The translations under genes were made by a program, and so were the position numbers. Below are positions 9,376-21,200 of a DNA stretch of 64,000 bases, piece after piece. Numbering within the stretch: the stretch's first letter is position 1; every line of letters starts with the position of its first letter. This DNA is from Candidatus Latescibacterota bacterium. Lineage in GTDB: Bacteria; Latescibacterota; UBA2968. Location: positions 2,208,001-2,272,000 of the forward strand of contig OZ242010.1 of NCBI GenBank assembly GCA_965204745.1. Direction: 5' to 3'. The notes beneath the pieces are model-generated. The model was not told where the DNA came from. It worked only from the letters and a program-made list of their open reading frames with translations, and did not search any database.

Positions 9376-12300
9376 TCAGCCTCCAGTGCCGAATTGGTCG
9401 GTGAGGATCTGGCCATCGGAAAATCCAATTTCGCCATCGCTGTCGAGATCGTACCGCGCATCGTACTCCGCATCGCCTCGGCGCGTCCCATACTTAAAAA
9501 TAAAGGCTATGAAGTCGGCAAAATTAACCTGACCATCGCCATTGAAGTCGGCGGTCGGTTGTTGCACTTCAAGGGTGAACGTCAGCGAGGCGAAATCGCC
9601 ATCTGCATCAAACGCCGACAAGGTGTATTCGGTCTCGGTCATCACCTTGCTCGGCGTGCCGGAGATCGTGTGCGTGGCCGAGTCGAATCGCAATCCCTTC
9701 GGTAGGATCGGCAGTAGGATATAGACCAGCGTGCCATCGCCACCGGTGGCTTCGGGCAGGGTCATGCGGACATTGCCCCCGATGAAGTAGCGTTGCGCGG
9801 CAACCCGTGTCCCATCGCCAAAGGCAGGCAGTCGGTCCGCTATGACCGCGAGCGTGAAGGTCAATGTCGTCGCATCGCCATCTGTATCGGTTGCAGTTAG
9901 CGTGTATTCGGTTTCGTCCATTATCTCGCCCGGCGTGCCAGACAGTTCCCGCGTTGTCGCGTCAAAGGTCAGTCCCGATGGCAGAGCGGGCGTTAGGGCG
10001 TAGGTCAGTGCCTCATCGCCGCCGGTTGCCTGCGGCAAGGTGATGTTGATGGCTGTCCCTGTCCGATAGCGTTGCGCGGTGACTGTTGAACCCTTGAAGG
10101 ATGGCAGATAGTCTGGGGTGGGGTCGGGCGGGGCAGGCGGATCAGGCGGGGGCGGCGAGGGCGGTCTGTCACTGGGCGTCCCCGTTACGCCCACCGAGGG
10201 TTGCCCATCGTCGGCGTTGGTCAGGGTGGCGATGACGCGCACAGTGTATTCCGTGCCCGCGGTCAGACCGGCGATTGTCGCACTCGTCTTGCCACCGTTG
10301 TCGATGACTTGCTGACGGTCAGAGGCGTACAACGCATCCCCGGATTTCCACTGCACTTTGTAACCGGTCGCCCCGTTCACCGCATCCCACGACACGCCCA
10401 AATAGCCCTCGCCGGGCGCGACTGTCACACCCGTCACTTGCCCCGGTTCTGTCACCACTGTGACCGGCCCCGTCCCCTGCGCGGCTGTCACGGTGAAGGT
10501 CACGGACTTGTCAATATCCGCGACGTCGATAATTGCCTTAACTGTATTCGCGCCCGCAGTACCCAGGGTCAACCTCGTCGAGGCGCGCCCATTGGCATCG
10601 GTGGTATCGGTTGTGGTACTGAGCGAGCCACCGCCCGCCGTGACCGAAAAAGTGACCGGCACCCCGGCAAAGGCAACATCGTTCTGATCCCGCACTTCAA
10701 CGATGAACGGATCGGACAGGCGAGAACCAGCCGTGCCGGTTTGGTCATCGCCCGAGATTTTTACCAAACTGGCCAAGGTGCGGGAAGAGTAGCCGTAGTC
10801 TACAAAAACGCCTCGGCTCCCTAGATCCGAGATGTAGGTAGCGCGAGAAAGATAGTTTAAGGGATTACCCGTAAGCTCTATCCGTCTCAGGCTGGTTAAG
10901 CCCAACAGGGCTGAGATATCCGAGATGTTGTTTTCTTGACAATATAACCGGATCAAGCTAGTGAGACCCCGAAGCGGCGAGATATCCGAGATACGGTTTT
11001 TGTCAATATCCAGCTCTTTCAGGCTGGTTAAGCCCGACAAGGCCGAGATATCAGAGATGCGGTTGCTTTCAAGAGACAGCGTTGTCAGGCTGGTTAAGCC
11101 CGACAAGGCCGAGATATCAGAGATGTTGTTGTTGTAAAGCCACAGCCTTGTCAGGCTGGTTAAGCCCGACAAGGCCGAGATATCAGAGATATCAGAGATG
11201 CCGCTGCTGAAAAGCCACAGCGTTGTCAGGCTGGTTAAGCCCGACAAGGCCGAGATATCAGAGATGCCTCTGCTACTAAGACTCAGAAATGTCAGGCTGG
11301 TTAAGCCCGACAGGGCCGAGATATCAGAGATGCGCCAGTTGTAGGCAAGAGCCAGATGTGTCAGGCTAGTTAAGCCCGACAGGGCCGAGATATCAGAGAT
11401 GCGGTTGCCGGAAAGACCCAGATATTCCAGGCTAGTTGCATGCTCCAGCCCGGTCAAATCACCTATGCGTAAAGCCGGATCATCATCAAAGTGGAACAAG
11501 TCAAGGCGGGTCAGGGTCGCCATCTCACTTGGGGTAATGATCGCACCGCTCGATTTTTTTAGTGCGCTCTCAATGGCAGCACGCAAGTTGGCGTCGGGAA
11601 TGTTCACGTCGCGCACAACGGTCACTGTGTAGGTTTTCGTCGTCGTCCCATCTTCTGCTGTGACCACTATGGTAATGGGATTTTCGCCCACACTGAGGGA
11701 AATGGCACTGCTCGCACTGCCACTCGATACCGAAGTGCCGTTCACCGTGATCGTGGCACCGTCGTAATTGCTCGTCGGCATAATGGTCAGGCTGTCGATG
11801 CTGTGCGCCACGGTCGCCGTGTAGGAGAGAGAGTCATACACAAAGGCAGGAACCAGCGTCCCTGCCGAGAGGGTCAAGCCGATCAGGTCCGCTGTCCCAC
11901 CTGTTGCCGTGGTGAAGGTCACGGACTTGTCAATGCCCGAGACGTCGATAGCTGCTACAACCGTGTCCGCGCCCACAGTCCCCAGCGTCAACCTCGTCGA
12001 GGCGCGCCCATTGGCGTCTGTGGTATCGGTTGTGGTACTGAGCGACCCTCCGCCCGCCGTGACCGAAAAAGCGACCAGCACCCCGGCAAAGGCAACGTCG
12101 TTCTGATCCCGCACTTCAACGATGAGCGGATCGGACAGGCGATCAGTGCTACTGGTTATTTGGTCATCGCCCGAGATTTTTACCAAACTGGTCAAGGTGC
12201 GGGGAATATAGTATACATTGACGCCTCGGCTCTGGAGAGCCGGGATATGGGTAGCGAGGGAAGGATAGTTCAATAAATTATAATGAATCTCCAGACTTGT

Positions 12301-13965
12301 CAGGCTAGTGAGATCCTGAAGTGGAAGTGCCGAAATATCCGAGATGCGGTTGAAACGAAGATCCAAATATGTCAGGCTGGTTAAGCCCGATAGGGCCGAG
12401 ATATCAGAGATATGGTTTTGGTTAAGAATCAGCTCTTTCAGGCTGGTTAAGCCCGATAGTGAGATAGCCGAGATGTTGTTGCCGGAAAGATTCAGATTTG
12501 TCAGGCTGGTTAAGCCCGATAGTGAGATAGCCGAGATGTTGTTGCCGGAAAGATTCAGCGTTGTCAGGCTGGTTAAGCCCGACAGGGCCGAGATATCAGA
12601 GATGGAGTTCCTATCAAGATTCAGCGTTGTCAGGCTGGTTAAGCCCGACAGGGCCGAGATATCAGAGATGGAGTTCCTATCAAGATTCAGCGTTGTCAGG
12701 CTGGTTAAGCCCGACAGGGCCGAGTTATCAGAGATGGAGTTCCTATCAAGATTCAGCGTTGTCAGGCTGGTTAAGCCCGACAGGGCCGAGATGTCCGAGA
12801 TGCCGTTGCCGCTAAGAGACAGCGTTGTCAAGCTGGTTAAGCCCGATAGGGCCGACGACAGGGCCGAGATATCAGAGATGCCGCTAAGAGACAGCGTTGT
12901 CAGGCTGGTTAAGCCCGATAGGGCCGAGATATCAGAGATGCCGTTGACGTTTAGAAACAGCGTTGTCAGGCTAGTTAAGCCCGACAGGGCCGAGATATCA
13001 GAGATGCCGTTGACGTTTAGAGACAGCGTTGTCAGGCTGGTTAAGCCCGACAGGGCCGAGATATCCGAAAAGCGGTTGTTGTAAAGATACAGCGTTGTCA
13101 GGCTGGTTGCATGCTCCAGCCCGGTCAAATCACCTATGGGTAAATACAGACCATTGAACTTTAAGTCAAGGCTGGTCAGGGTCGCCATCTCACTTGGGGT
13201 AATGATCGCACCGCTCGATTTTTCTAGTGCGCCCTCAATAGCAGCACGCAAGTTGGCGTCGGGGATGTTCACGCCGCGCTCAACGGTCACTGTGTAGGTT
13301 TTCGTCGTGGTCCCATCTTCTGCTGTGACCACTATGGTAATGGTGTTTTCACCCACACTGAGGGAAATGGCACTGCTCGCATTACCACTCGATACCGAAG
13401 TGCCGTTCACCGTGATCGTGGCGCCGTTGTGATTGCTCGTCGGCGTAACGGTCAAGCTGTCGATGCTGTGCGCCACGGTCGCGGTGTAGGCGAGAGAGTC
13501 GCGGGCAAAGGCCGGAACCAGCGTCCCGGTCGAGAGCGTCAGACCGCTCAAATCCTCATCGCTTGAAGCGGTATTCTGCGTGTTCACACCGCGCTCAACG
13601 GTCACTGTGTAGGTTTTCGTCGTCGTCCCATCTTCTGCTGTGACCACTATGGTAATGGTGTTTTCGCCCACACTGAGGGAAATGGCACGGCTCGCGTTGC
13701 CACTCGATACCGAAGTGCCGTTCACCGTGATCGTGGCACCGTTGTGGTTGCTCGTCGGCGTGACGGTCAGGCTGTCGATGCTGTTCGCCACGGTCGCGGT
13801 GTAGGCGAGAGAGTCACGCACAAAGGCCGGAGCCAGCGTCCCTGCCGAGAGCGTCAGGCCGCTCAGGTCCGCATCGCTTGAAGCGGTATTCTGCGCGGCG
13901 GATTCGCCACAAACAACGAGCAGGGCGCAGAGCAGAAGAACGGAGCTAAAAGGGCGGTAGGTCAT
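9376..13965 (-). CDS. Secreted internalin-like LRR surface protein 1: SP-CadBS-CadBS-LRR-Big-CadBS-LRR-Big-FN3-Pro linker-He_PIG x2-EF-hand pair
   Basis: IPDANLRAAI cap, LTSLTxLxLxxNxISDISALSG repeats, TAEDGTTTKTYTVTV, GYKVQWKSG, LPSGLTFD..ISGTP, ADFNGDGQVNFADF; start placed at MTYRPF by paralogy and GGAG. Confidence 0.9.
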   Translation of the reverse strand: MTYRPFSSVLLLCALLVVCGESAAQNTASSDADLSGLTLSAGTLAPAFVRDSLAYTATVANSIDSLTVTPTSNHNGATITVNGTSVSSGNASRAISLSVGENTITIVVTAEDGTTTKTYTVTVERGVNTQNTASSDEDLSGLTLSTGTLVPAFARDSLAYTATVAHSIDSLTVTPTSNHNGATITVNGTSVSSGNASSAISLSVGENTITIVVTAEDGTTTKTYTVTVERGVNIPDANLRAAIEGALEKSSGAIITPSEMATLTSLDLKFNGLYLPIGDLTGLEHATSLTTLYLYNNRFSDISALSGLTSLTTLSLNVNGISDISALSGLTSLTTLFLNVNGISDISALSGLTSLTTLSLSGISDISALSSALSGLTSLTTLSLSGNGISDISALSGLTSLTTLNLDRNSISDNSALSGLTSLTTLNLDRNSISDISALSGLTSLTTLNLDRNSISDISALSGLTSLTTLNLSGNNISAISLSGLTSLTNLNLSGNNISAISLSGLTSLKELILNQNHISDISALSGLTSLTYLDLRFNRISDISALPLQDLTSLTSLEIHYNLLNYPSLATHIPALQSRGVNVYYIPRTLTSLVKISGDDQITSSTDRLSDPLIVEVRDQNDVAFAGVLVAFSVTAGGGSLSTTTDTTDANGRASTRLTLGTVGADTVVAAIDVSGIDKSVTFTTATGGTADLIGLTLSAGTLVPAFVYDSLSYTATVAHSIDSLTIMPTSNYDGATITVNGTSVSSGSASSAISLSVGENPITIVVTAEDGTTTKTYTVTVVRDVNIPDANLRAAIESALKKSSGAIITPSEMATLTRLDLFHFDDDPALRIGDLTGLEHATSLEYLGLSGNRISDISALSGLTSLTHLALAYNWRISDISALSGLTSLTFLSLSSRGISDISALSGLTSLTTLWLFSSGISDISDISALSGLTSLTRLWLYNNNISDISALSGLTSLTTLSLESNRISDISALSGLTSLKELDIDKNRISDISPLRGLTSLIRLYCQENNISDISALLGLTSLRRIELTGNPLNYLSRATYISDLGSRGVFVDYGYSSRTLASLVKISGDDQTGTAGSRLSDPFIVEVRDQNDVAFAGVPVTFSVTAGGGSLSTTTDTTDANGRASTRLTLGTAGANTVKAIIDVADIDKSVTFTVTAAQGTGPVTVVTEPGQVTGVTVAPGEGYLGVSWDAVNGATGYKVQWKSGDALYASDRQQVIDNGGKTSATIAGLTAGTEYTVRVIATLTNADDGQPSVGVTGTPSDRPPSPPPPDPPAPPDPTPDYLPSFKGSTVTAQRYRTGTAINITLPQATGGDEALTYALTPALPSGLTFDATTRELSGTPGEIMDETEYTLTATDTDGDATTLTFTLAVIADRLPAFGDGTRVAAQRYFIGGNVRMTLPEATGGDGTLVYILLPILPKGLRFDSATHTISGTPSKVMTETEYTLSAFDADGDFASLTFTLEVQQPTADFNGDGQVNFADFIAFIFKYGTRRGDAEYDARYDLDSDGEIGFSDGQILTDQFGTGG

Positions 13966-14044
13966 GATAAACTCCAAAAGTTATACTGCCGGGCGGTGAA
14001 AAAAATAGAATATACGCGATTGTAGCGTGATTGGATGCCACGCC

Positions 14045-17000
14045 TTAGTCCGCCGAGCCAAAGCTGTCGGCGAAGATCAGGAAATCGGAAAATCCAATCT
14101 CGCCATCGCCATTGAGATCGCACCGCGCATCATACCGCTCCTCGCCTCGGCGCGTCCCAAACTTGCCCGCAAAGGTCAAAAAGTCGGCGAAAGTCACCTG
14201 CCCATCGCCATCAAAATCGGCCGTGGGCAATAACACGCCAAGCGCGAACAGCAACGAGGTGAGATCCCCATCCGCGGCCAGCGCGCTCAAGATATGGGCC
14301 GTTTCTGCCACATCCATTGAGATCGCCGCCTTACTGGGAGGGGAGCAGTTCGGACGGAGGCTGCAGATGTAGGATTCAATGGCTTGAGAGGTCGTGCGCG
14401 TAGCATTTTGCTCGATGACGTTCCCTCGGATGAGGGCCTCGTTCCGAAAGAAGAGGACGTATCGAATGATCAGGATTATATCCGAGAACAGCCTCACATC
14501 GCCATCGCCATCCACATCGAGAATGTTCTGATTGACCAACGTGTCGAGGTAGGGTTGAATTTCTTGAGCGGTCGTGCGCGTGGCATCTGGCTCGATGACG
14601 TTGCCTCGGATGAGGGCCTCTCCCCGGAAGAAAAGGACGTATCGTTTGATCAGGATTATATCCGAGAACAGTTTCACCTCGCCATTGCCATCGATATCCA
14701 AGCTGGCAGGCATGCCGGTCACCTCCACTGGGTCGCTGTCGGTTGCATGGCGGCGCGTGGCGATCACTTGAACCGTGTAGGTCGTCCCTGCTTTTAGATC
14801 GGGGATTGTGTCGGTCGTGGTCGTCGGCGGGCGCTCACGGATCGCCGAGTAGGTGGTATCCGATCCTGACTTCCACCGCACTTTGTACCCATTCGCAGTG
14901 GTCACGGTATCCCAAGACACGATTATTGCGGCCACCCAAGGCTTTACCTGCACATTGGTTGGCTTGCCCGGCCTGGCGAGTGCGTTGCGTACCGCGAGGG
15001 TGAAGGTCAAGGTGTCGGTATCGCTTGCCGCTATGTTGGCATCCGTAGCGGTTGCTGTCAGCGTGTACGTGCGCGCAGGCGCCGCAGTGGTCGGCGTGCC
15101 AGCAATGACGCCCCCATTGCCCGAAGTGGCGGCTTTGTACGTCAGACTATCCGGCAGGGCAGGGGTCAAGGCGTAGGTCAGCGTGCCAGTGCCACCGGTG
15201 GCCCCAGGTAGCGTATCCGAGACCGCGGTGTTCACCGTATAGGTCGTGTCCCGCTTCGTCGCCGCAAAGGTCGGGGCGCTATATACTGAGATGGTAAAGG
15301 TCAAGGTGTCGGTATCGCTTGCCGCTGTGTTGGCATGGCATCCGCATCGGTTGCTGTCAGCGTGTACGTGCGCGCAGACGCCGCCGTGGTTGGCGTGCCA
15401 GAGATGACCCGCGTCATGTTGTTGAAGGTCAGGCCTGTCGGCAGTTTGGGAGTCAAGGCATAGGTCAGTTTGCCATTGCCGCTCGTGGCAAGAGCCGCGG
15501 GTAGGGTATCCAAGACCTCCACCTTCGCCGTATATGTGGTATCCCTCACCGTCGCCGTGTCAAAATTCGGTGCCTTGTCCGGCTGTGCGGCAAACTGTGC
15601 GGTGGTGTCGTGGCCGGCATATCTTAAGACCGGATATTGGTTGGACTCGCCGAAACTCCACGGATTATCTGGACTATTATTATGGGGGGTGGTGGACGTG
15701 CTATCTACGTTCACGTCCCAAGCAGAGTAGATGGCATTAGCGCCGTTACCCAAAGTGGAAGTATAAGAAGTAGGGGCCTGCAACTGCGCGGTGGTCTTGG
15801 CACCAGTGTGCGTTCCGCTGACTTCGGTGGTCACGCTGTCGTAGTAGCTATGCGTGATGTGCCCGCTACCAACCAAGCCCTGGCTACTACCGCTCACCTT
15901 GCCGATGGCATAACTCGTGATGATCGCGCTTAAGTTGTAGCCTACCAGCGCGCCAACACTGCTGGAGCCGGTGACGGAGGCGGTTGAGTAAGAGGCGATG
16001 ACACGCCCATTGTTGTCATTTTTACCGACCAAGCCGCCGACACTGGTCCTGCCAGAAACAGTACCAGTGACGTAGGAGTTGACGACGGTTCCTTTGTTGA
16101 TGCCCACCAACGCACCAACGTCATTAACGTCATTAACGTCATGATTGCCGGTGACTTTCGCGTTAATCAACCCGACGCCTTCAATACGTCCGCTATCGTT
16201 GATGGAATGAAACAGTCCGACGCCGGTGGTGGAGCTATTGATGAAGAGGTTGGAGATGGTGTGACCGTTGCCCTTGAAAATGGCAGTAAATTCTTGATCG
16301 TTCCGGCCGATGGGCACAAATCCGGTACTGTCCCTCGTGCCTATAGAAAAAAAGTCCGTGTTATCGGCCACGGTAATCAGGCCATCCCCGTTGGTGTCAA
16401 AGTCCAGGTCGTTCAGCAGTTCATAGCCAGTGCAGGAGGACGGACAGCCCATGGAAGATAGACCAGGGATCGGTCCTATATCGGGGAAGGCGAGGGCATA
16501 GGCGTTGACATCGGCAGTATGAACATCACCATCGCCATTCAAGTCGTAGCGGATGGCATTTAGTTGCGCCAAGTTCCTCACGTCAATCAGGCCATCGCCG
16601 TCCGCATCATAGTTTTTAGATCCCTTTCTCGTCACTGCAATGGTATAGGTAGTCGTGTCTCCGTTTGCTGCTGTCACTTTGACGGTGATTGGAGTTGTAC
16701 TTATAGTGTCATAAGTAGCTGGCTTGACGAGATTGACTTGATGGCCGGCCAGGCTACGACTATCTTCTGGTTTAATAGTGTACGTGGCTGTGCTATCATT
16801 CGTCGTCGGCTTCACGGTCAAAAAGGTCACCTTGGCCTCTACGGTGAAGCGAAAGGTGTCGCGGATGGTCAAGTGGTGAAAAGTAAAGTCTTCTATCTGT
16901 ATATTTTTCAAGTTCGCGTCATCAGATCCCGTTTGTCCGCCTACACCTCCTGTTTGTCCTCCCACACCGCTTGCCGCTTGCTCGACGCTGTAGAACGTCA

Positions 17001-17433
17001 GCCTGCTCAAAGTCGCGTCTGAAGACAGGGTGACCGAGAGGGTAAAAGTCAGCGCGGTTGTGGCATTGTTCGCATCGGTCACTGTCAGCGTGTACGTGCG
17101 CGCAGATGCCGCCGTGGTCGGCGTGCCAGCAATGACGCCCCCATTACCCGAAGTGGCGGCTTTGTACGTCAGCCCATCCGGCAGGGCAGGGGTCGTCGTC
17201 AAGGCGTAGGTCAGCGTGCCAGTGCCACCGGTGGCCCCAGGTAGCGTATCCGAGACCGTCGCTCTCACCGTATAGGTCGTGTCCCGCTTCGTCGCCGCGC
17301 CAAAGGTCGGCGTCGTCTGTGCGATGGCCGACTTGGGGGCGAGGATCAACAGCGGTGCGGTCAGGGTCAACAGTGCGATAATCGCCCTCCAGTTGCGGAG
17401 GACAGGGAAAAAATGGATCAAACGGTTCGGCAT
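14045..17433 (-). pseudogene. Secreted GLUG/He_PIG/FN3/dockerin-like protein split by a 5-bp frameshift (ORFs 15301-17433 and 14045-15304)
   Basis: TGGCATGGCA at 15331-15340 where the internal paralogous module near 15030 has one TGGCA; removing one copy gives a single 1127-aa frame. Confidence 0.85.
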
Positions 17434-17545
17434 GTGCTTCTCCTTATTAGAAATCCTACACTACGGTTGCAATTTGTAACCAATATAATAGATATAATAG
17501 CCCATAAAAGAAAAATCGTAGCCAATTAGAAAAAAATGTAATGGA

Positions 17546-17628
17546 CCCGCAAAGGTCAAAAAGTCGGCGAAAGTCACCTGCCCATCGCCATCAAAATCGG
17601 GCGTGGGCACTAATACGCCAAGCGCGAA
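17546..17628 (-). repeat. Orphan 83-bp EF-hand fragment, direct repeat of 14166-14248
   Basis: Near-identical DNA encoding ALGVLxPTxDFDGDGQVTFADFLTFAG. Confidence 0.9.
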
Positions 17629-17647
17629 TCGACGCACAGACGAAAAA

Positions 17648-17687
17648 CAAAAAGCCCGAGTTCCTTGCGAACCCGGGCTTTTTGTTT
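17648..17687. terminator. Terminator hairpin, copy 2
   Basis: Same AAGCCCGAGTTCCTTGCGAACCCGGGCTT stem-loop as at 9320. Confidence 0.85.
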
Positions 17688-17705
17688 GAACATCGTTTTT
17701 ACTCA

Positions 17706-18245
17706 TCAACCGCCAGTGCCGAATTGGTCGATGAGGATCTGGCCATCGGAAAATCCAATTTCGCCATCGCTGTCGAGATCGTACCGCGCATCGTACTCCG
17801 CATCGCCTCGGCGCATCCCATACTTGAAAATAAAGGCTATGAAGTCGGCAAAATTAACCTGACCATCGCCATTGAAGTCGGCGGTCGGTTGTTGCACTTC
17901 AAGGGTGAACGTCAGCGAGGTGAAATCGCCATCTGCATCAAACGCCGACAAGGTGTATTCGGTCTCGGTCATCACCTTGCTCGGCGTGCCGGAGATCGTG
18001 TGCGTGGCCGAGTCGAATCGCAATCCCTTCGGTAGGGTCGGCAGTAGGATATAGACCAGCGTGCCATCGCCGCCGGTGGCTTCGGGCAAGATCACGCGGA
18101 CGCTGTCCCCGATGATGTAGCGTTGCGCGGCAACCCGTGTCGAATCGCCAAAGGCCGGCAGTCGATCCGCCGTGACCGAGAGCATAAACTTCAACGGGGC
18201 CGCGACGCCGTCTTCATCTGTGGCGGTCAGGGAACAGGCTTTCAT
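17706..18245 (-). CDS. Detached C-terminal cassette (He_PIG + EF-hand pair), no signal peptide
   Basis: Most of it is nearly identical to the 3' end of gene 9376-13965 (offset 8330); ATGA overlap with upstream LRR gene. Confidence 0.7.
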   Translation of the reverse strand: MKACSLTATDEDGVAAPLKFMLSVTADRLPAFGDSTRVAAQRYIIGDSVRVILPEATGGDGTLVYILLPTLPKGLRFDSATHTISGTPSKVMTETEYTLSAFDADGDFTSLTFTLEVQQPTADFNGDGQVNFADFIAFIFKYGMRRGDAEYDARYDLDSDGEIGFSDGQILIDQFGTGG

Positions 18246-21200
18246 TGGAAGTGGGAGGCGGGATAGAGGCTTCGGATGTAGGATTCAATATCTTGCGGGG
18301 TCGTGCGCGTGGCATCTGAAGAGACAGCACGATTGATGAGGGCCTCTTCCCGGAAGAAGAGGACGTATCGAGTGATCAGGATGATATCCGAGAACAGTTC
18401 CACCTCGCCATTGCCATCCACATCGAGAATTTTCTGATCGACCAAAATGGCGATGTAGGATTCAATGTCTTGCGGGGTCGTGCGCGTGGCATCTAAAGAG
18501 ACAGCACGATTGATGAGGGCCTCTTCCCGGAAGAAGAGGACGTATCGAGTGATCAGGATGATATCCGAGAACAGTTCCACCCGGCCATTGCCATCCACAT
18601 CCAAGTTGGCACTCGGTGTGTCGTCATCGGTCAGGGTCACGGGCGAGGGAGGCGAGGTCGTTCTGGCACTGGGCGTCCCCGTCACGCCCACCGAGGGCGG
18701 GCCATCGTCGGCATTGGTTAGGGTGGCGATGACGCGCACAGTGTATTCCGTGCCTGCGGTCAGACCGGCGATTGTCGCACTCGTCTTACTGCCGTTGTCG
18801 ATGATTTGCTGACGGTCAGATGAGTACAACGCCTCCCCGGATTTCCACTGCACTTTGTAACCGGTCGCCCCGTTCACCGCATTCCACGACACGCCCAAAT
18901 AGCCCACGCCGGGCGTGACTTCCACACCCGTCACTTGCCCCGGTTCTGTCACCACTGTGACCGGTCCCGTCCCCTGCGCGGGCGTCACGGTGACCGATCC
19001 CGTCGTCAAGTCCTCGCTACCAGAATGGGCCGCGGCCTTCACGGTCACGCGCAAACTCTGATTCGCGTCAAAACCCAACCCGGTATAAGCGAGCGTCAGT
19101 TGGGCGACGGTGGCGGAGGTTCTGACAGGCGTACCGCTGATGCTCGCGCCCTGCGGTGCGGTGTGCAATGCGAAGTGGTTGGCGGCGAGGGTCTCGTTGT
19201 AGGTGGCACCGGTCAGGGTGATGTTGACTTTTGCCCCGTCGAGATTGGTTTCTGTCAGCGCGTCCGGAACCGTCGATGATATCGCTACCCCCTCTGCCGT
19301 GGCGGTGAAGGTCACGGACTTGTCAATGTTCGAGACGTCGATAGCTGCTACAACCGTGTCCACACCCGCAGCACCCAGCGTGTCGGCACCCGTAGCACCT
19401 AGCGTCAACCTTGTCGAGGCACGCCCGTTGGCATCGGTGGTATCGGTTGTGGTACTGAGCGACCCACCGCCCGCCGTGACCGAAAAAGCGACCGGCACCC
19501 CGGCAAAGGCGACGGCGTTCTGATCCCGCACTTCAACGATGAACGGATCGGACAGGCGAGAACTAGCAGTGCCGGTTTGGTCATCGCCCGAGATTTTTAC
19601 CAAACTGGTCAAGGTGCGGGTATCGTAGCGTACATCAACGCCTCGGCTCTGGAGAGCCGGGATATGGGTAGCGAGGGAAGGATAGTTCAAGGGATTACCC
19701 GTAAGCCACAGACCGGTCAGGCTGGTTAAGCCCGACAAGGCCGAGATATCAGAGATGTTGTTGCTTCTAAGAAACAGACCGGTCAGGCTGGTTAAGCCCG
19801 ACAAGGCCGAGATATCAGAGATGCGGTTGGTGTCAAGATACAGAAATGTCAGGCTGGTTAAGCCCGACAAGGCCGAGATATCAGAGATGTTGTTGCTTCC
19901 AAGATACAGACGGGTCAGGCTAGTTAAGCCCGACAAGGCCGAGATATCAGAGATGCGGTTGGTGGAAAGACCTAGATCGGTCAGGTAGGTTAAGCCCGAC
20001 AAGGCCGAGATATCAGAGATGCGGTTGGTGGAAAGACGCAGATCGGTCAGGCTGGTTAAGCCCGACAGGGCCGAGATATCAGAGATACGGTTGTCGGAAA
20101 GATCCAGAAATATCAGGCTGGTTAAGCCCGACAAGGCCGAGATATCAGAGATGCGGTTGTCGGAAAGATGCAACGCACTCAAGCTGGTTAAGCCGGATAG
20201 CGGCGAGACATCCGAGATGCTTAAGTTGCTGTTAAGATTCAGATCTCTCAGGTTGGTTAAGTTGGATAGCGGCGAGACATCCGAGATGTTGCTACCGGAA
20301 AGATCTAGAAATGTCAGGCTGGTTAAGCCCGACAAGGCCGAGATATCCGAGACGCTGTTGCTGTCAAGATTTAGCGTTGTCAGGCGGGTTGCATGCTCTA
20401 GCCCGGTCAAATCACTAATGTTCTGACTCACAGCAACAAGGCGGGTCAGGGTCGCCATCTCACTTGGGGTAATGATCGCACCGCTCGATTTTTTCAGTGC
20501 GCCCTCAATGGCAGCACGCAAGTTGGCGTCGGGGATGTTCACGCCGCGCACAACGGTCACTGTGTAGGTTTTCGTCGTGGTCCCATCTTCTGCTGTGACC
20601 ACAATGGTAATGGTGTTTTCGCCCACACTGAGGGAAATGGCACTGCTCGCACTGCTGCTCGATACCGAAGTGTCGTTCACCGTGATCGTGGCGCCGTTGT
20701 AACTGCTCGTCGGCGTGACGGTCAGGCTGTCGATGCTGTCCGCCACGGTCGCCGTGTAGGAGAGAGAATCACGGGCGAAGGCCGGATCCAGCGTCCCTGC
20801 CGAGAGCGTCAGGCCGCTCAAATCCGCATCGCTTGAGGTCCTACCTGTTGCCGTGGCGGTGAAGGTCACGGACTTGTCAATGTCCGAGACGTCGATAGCC
20901 GCTACAACCGTGTCCACACCCGCAGCACCCAGCGTGTCGGCACCCGTAGCACCTAGCGTCAACCTCGTCGAGGCACGCCCGTTGGCATCGGTTGTATCGG
21001 TTGTGGTACTGAGCGACCCACCGCCCGCCGTGACCGAAAAGGCGACCAGCACCCCGGCAAAGGCGACGTCGTTCTGATCCCGCACTTCAACGATGAGCGG
21101 ATCGGACAGGCGAGAACCAGCAGTACCGGTTTGGTCATCGCCCGAAATTTTTACCAAACTGGTCAACGTGCGGGTATCGTAGCTTACACCAACGCCTCGG

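Noticed and set aside
19685-20450. CRISPR-like pattern (~42-bp repeat, ~24-bp spacer), also in the other LRR blocks
   Set aside because: 66-bp period in frame within long ORFs encoding LRRs; spacers are similar to each other; no cas genes or leader
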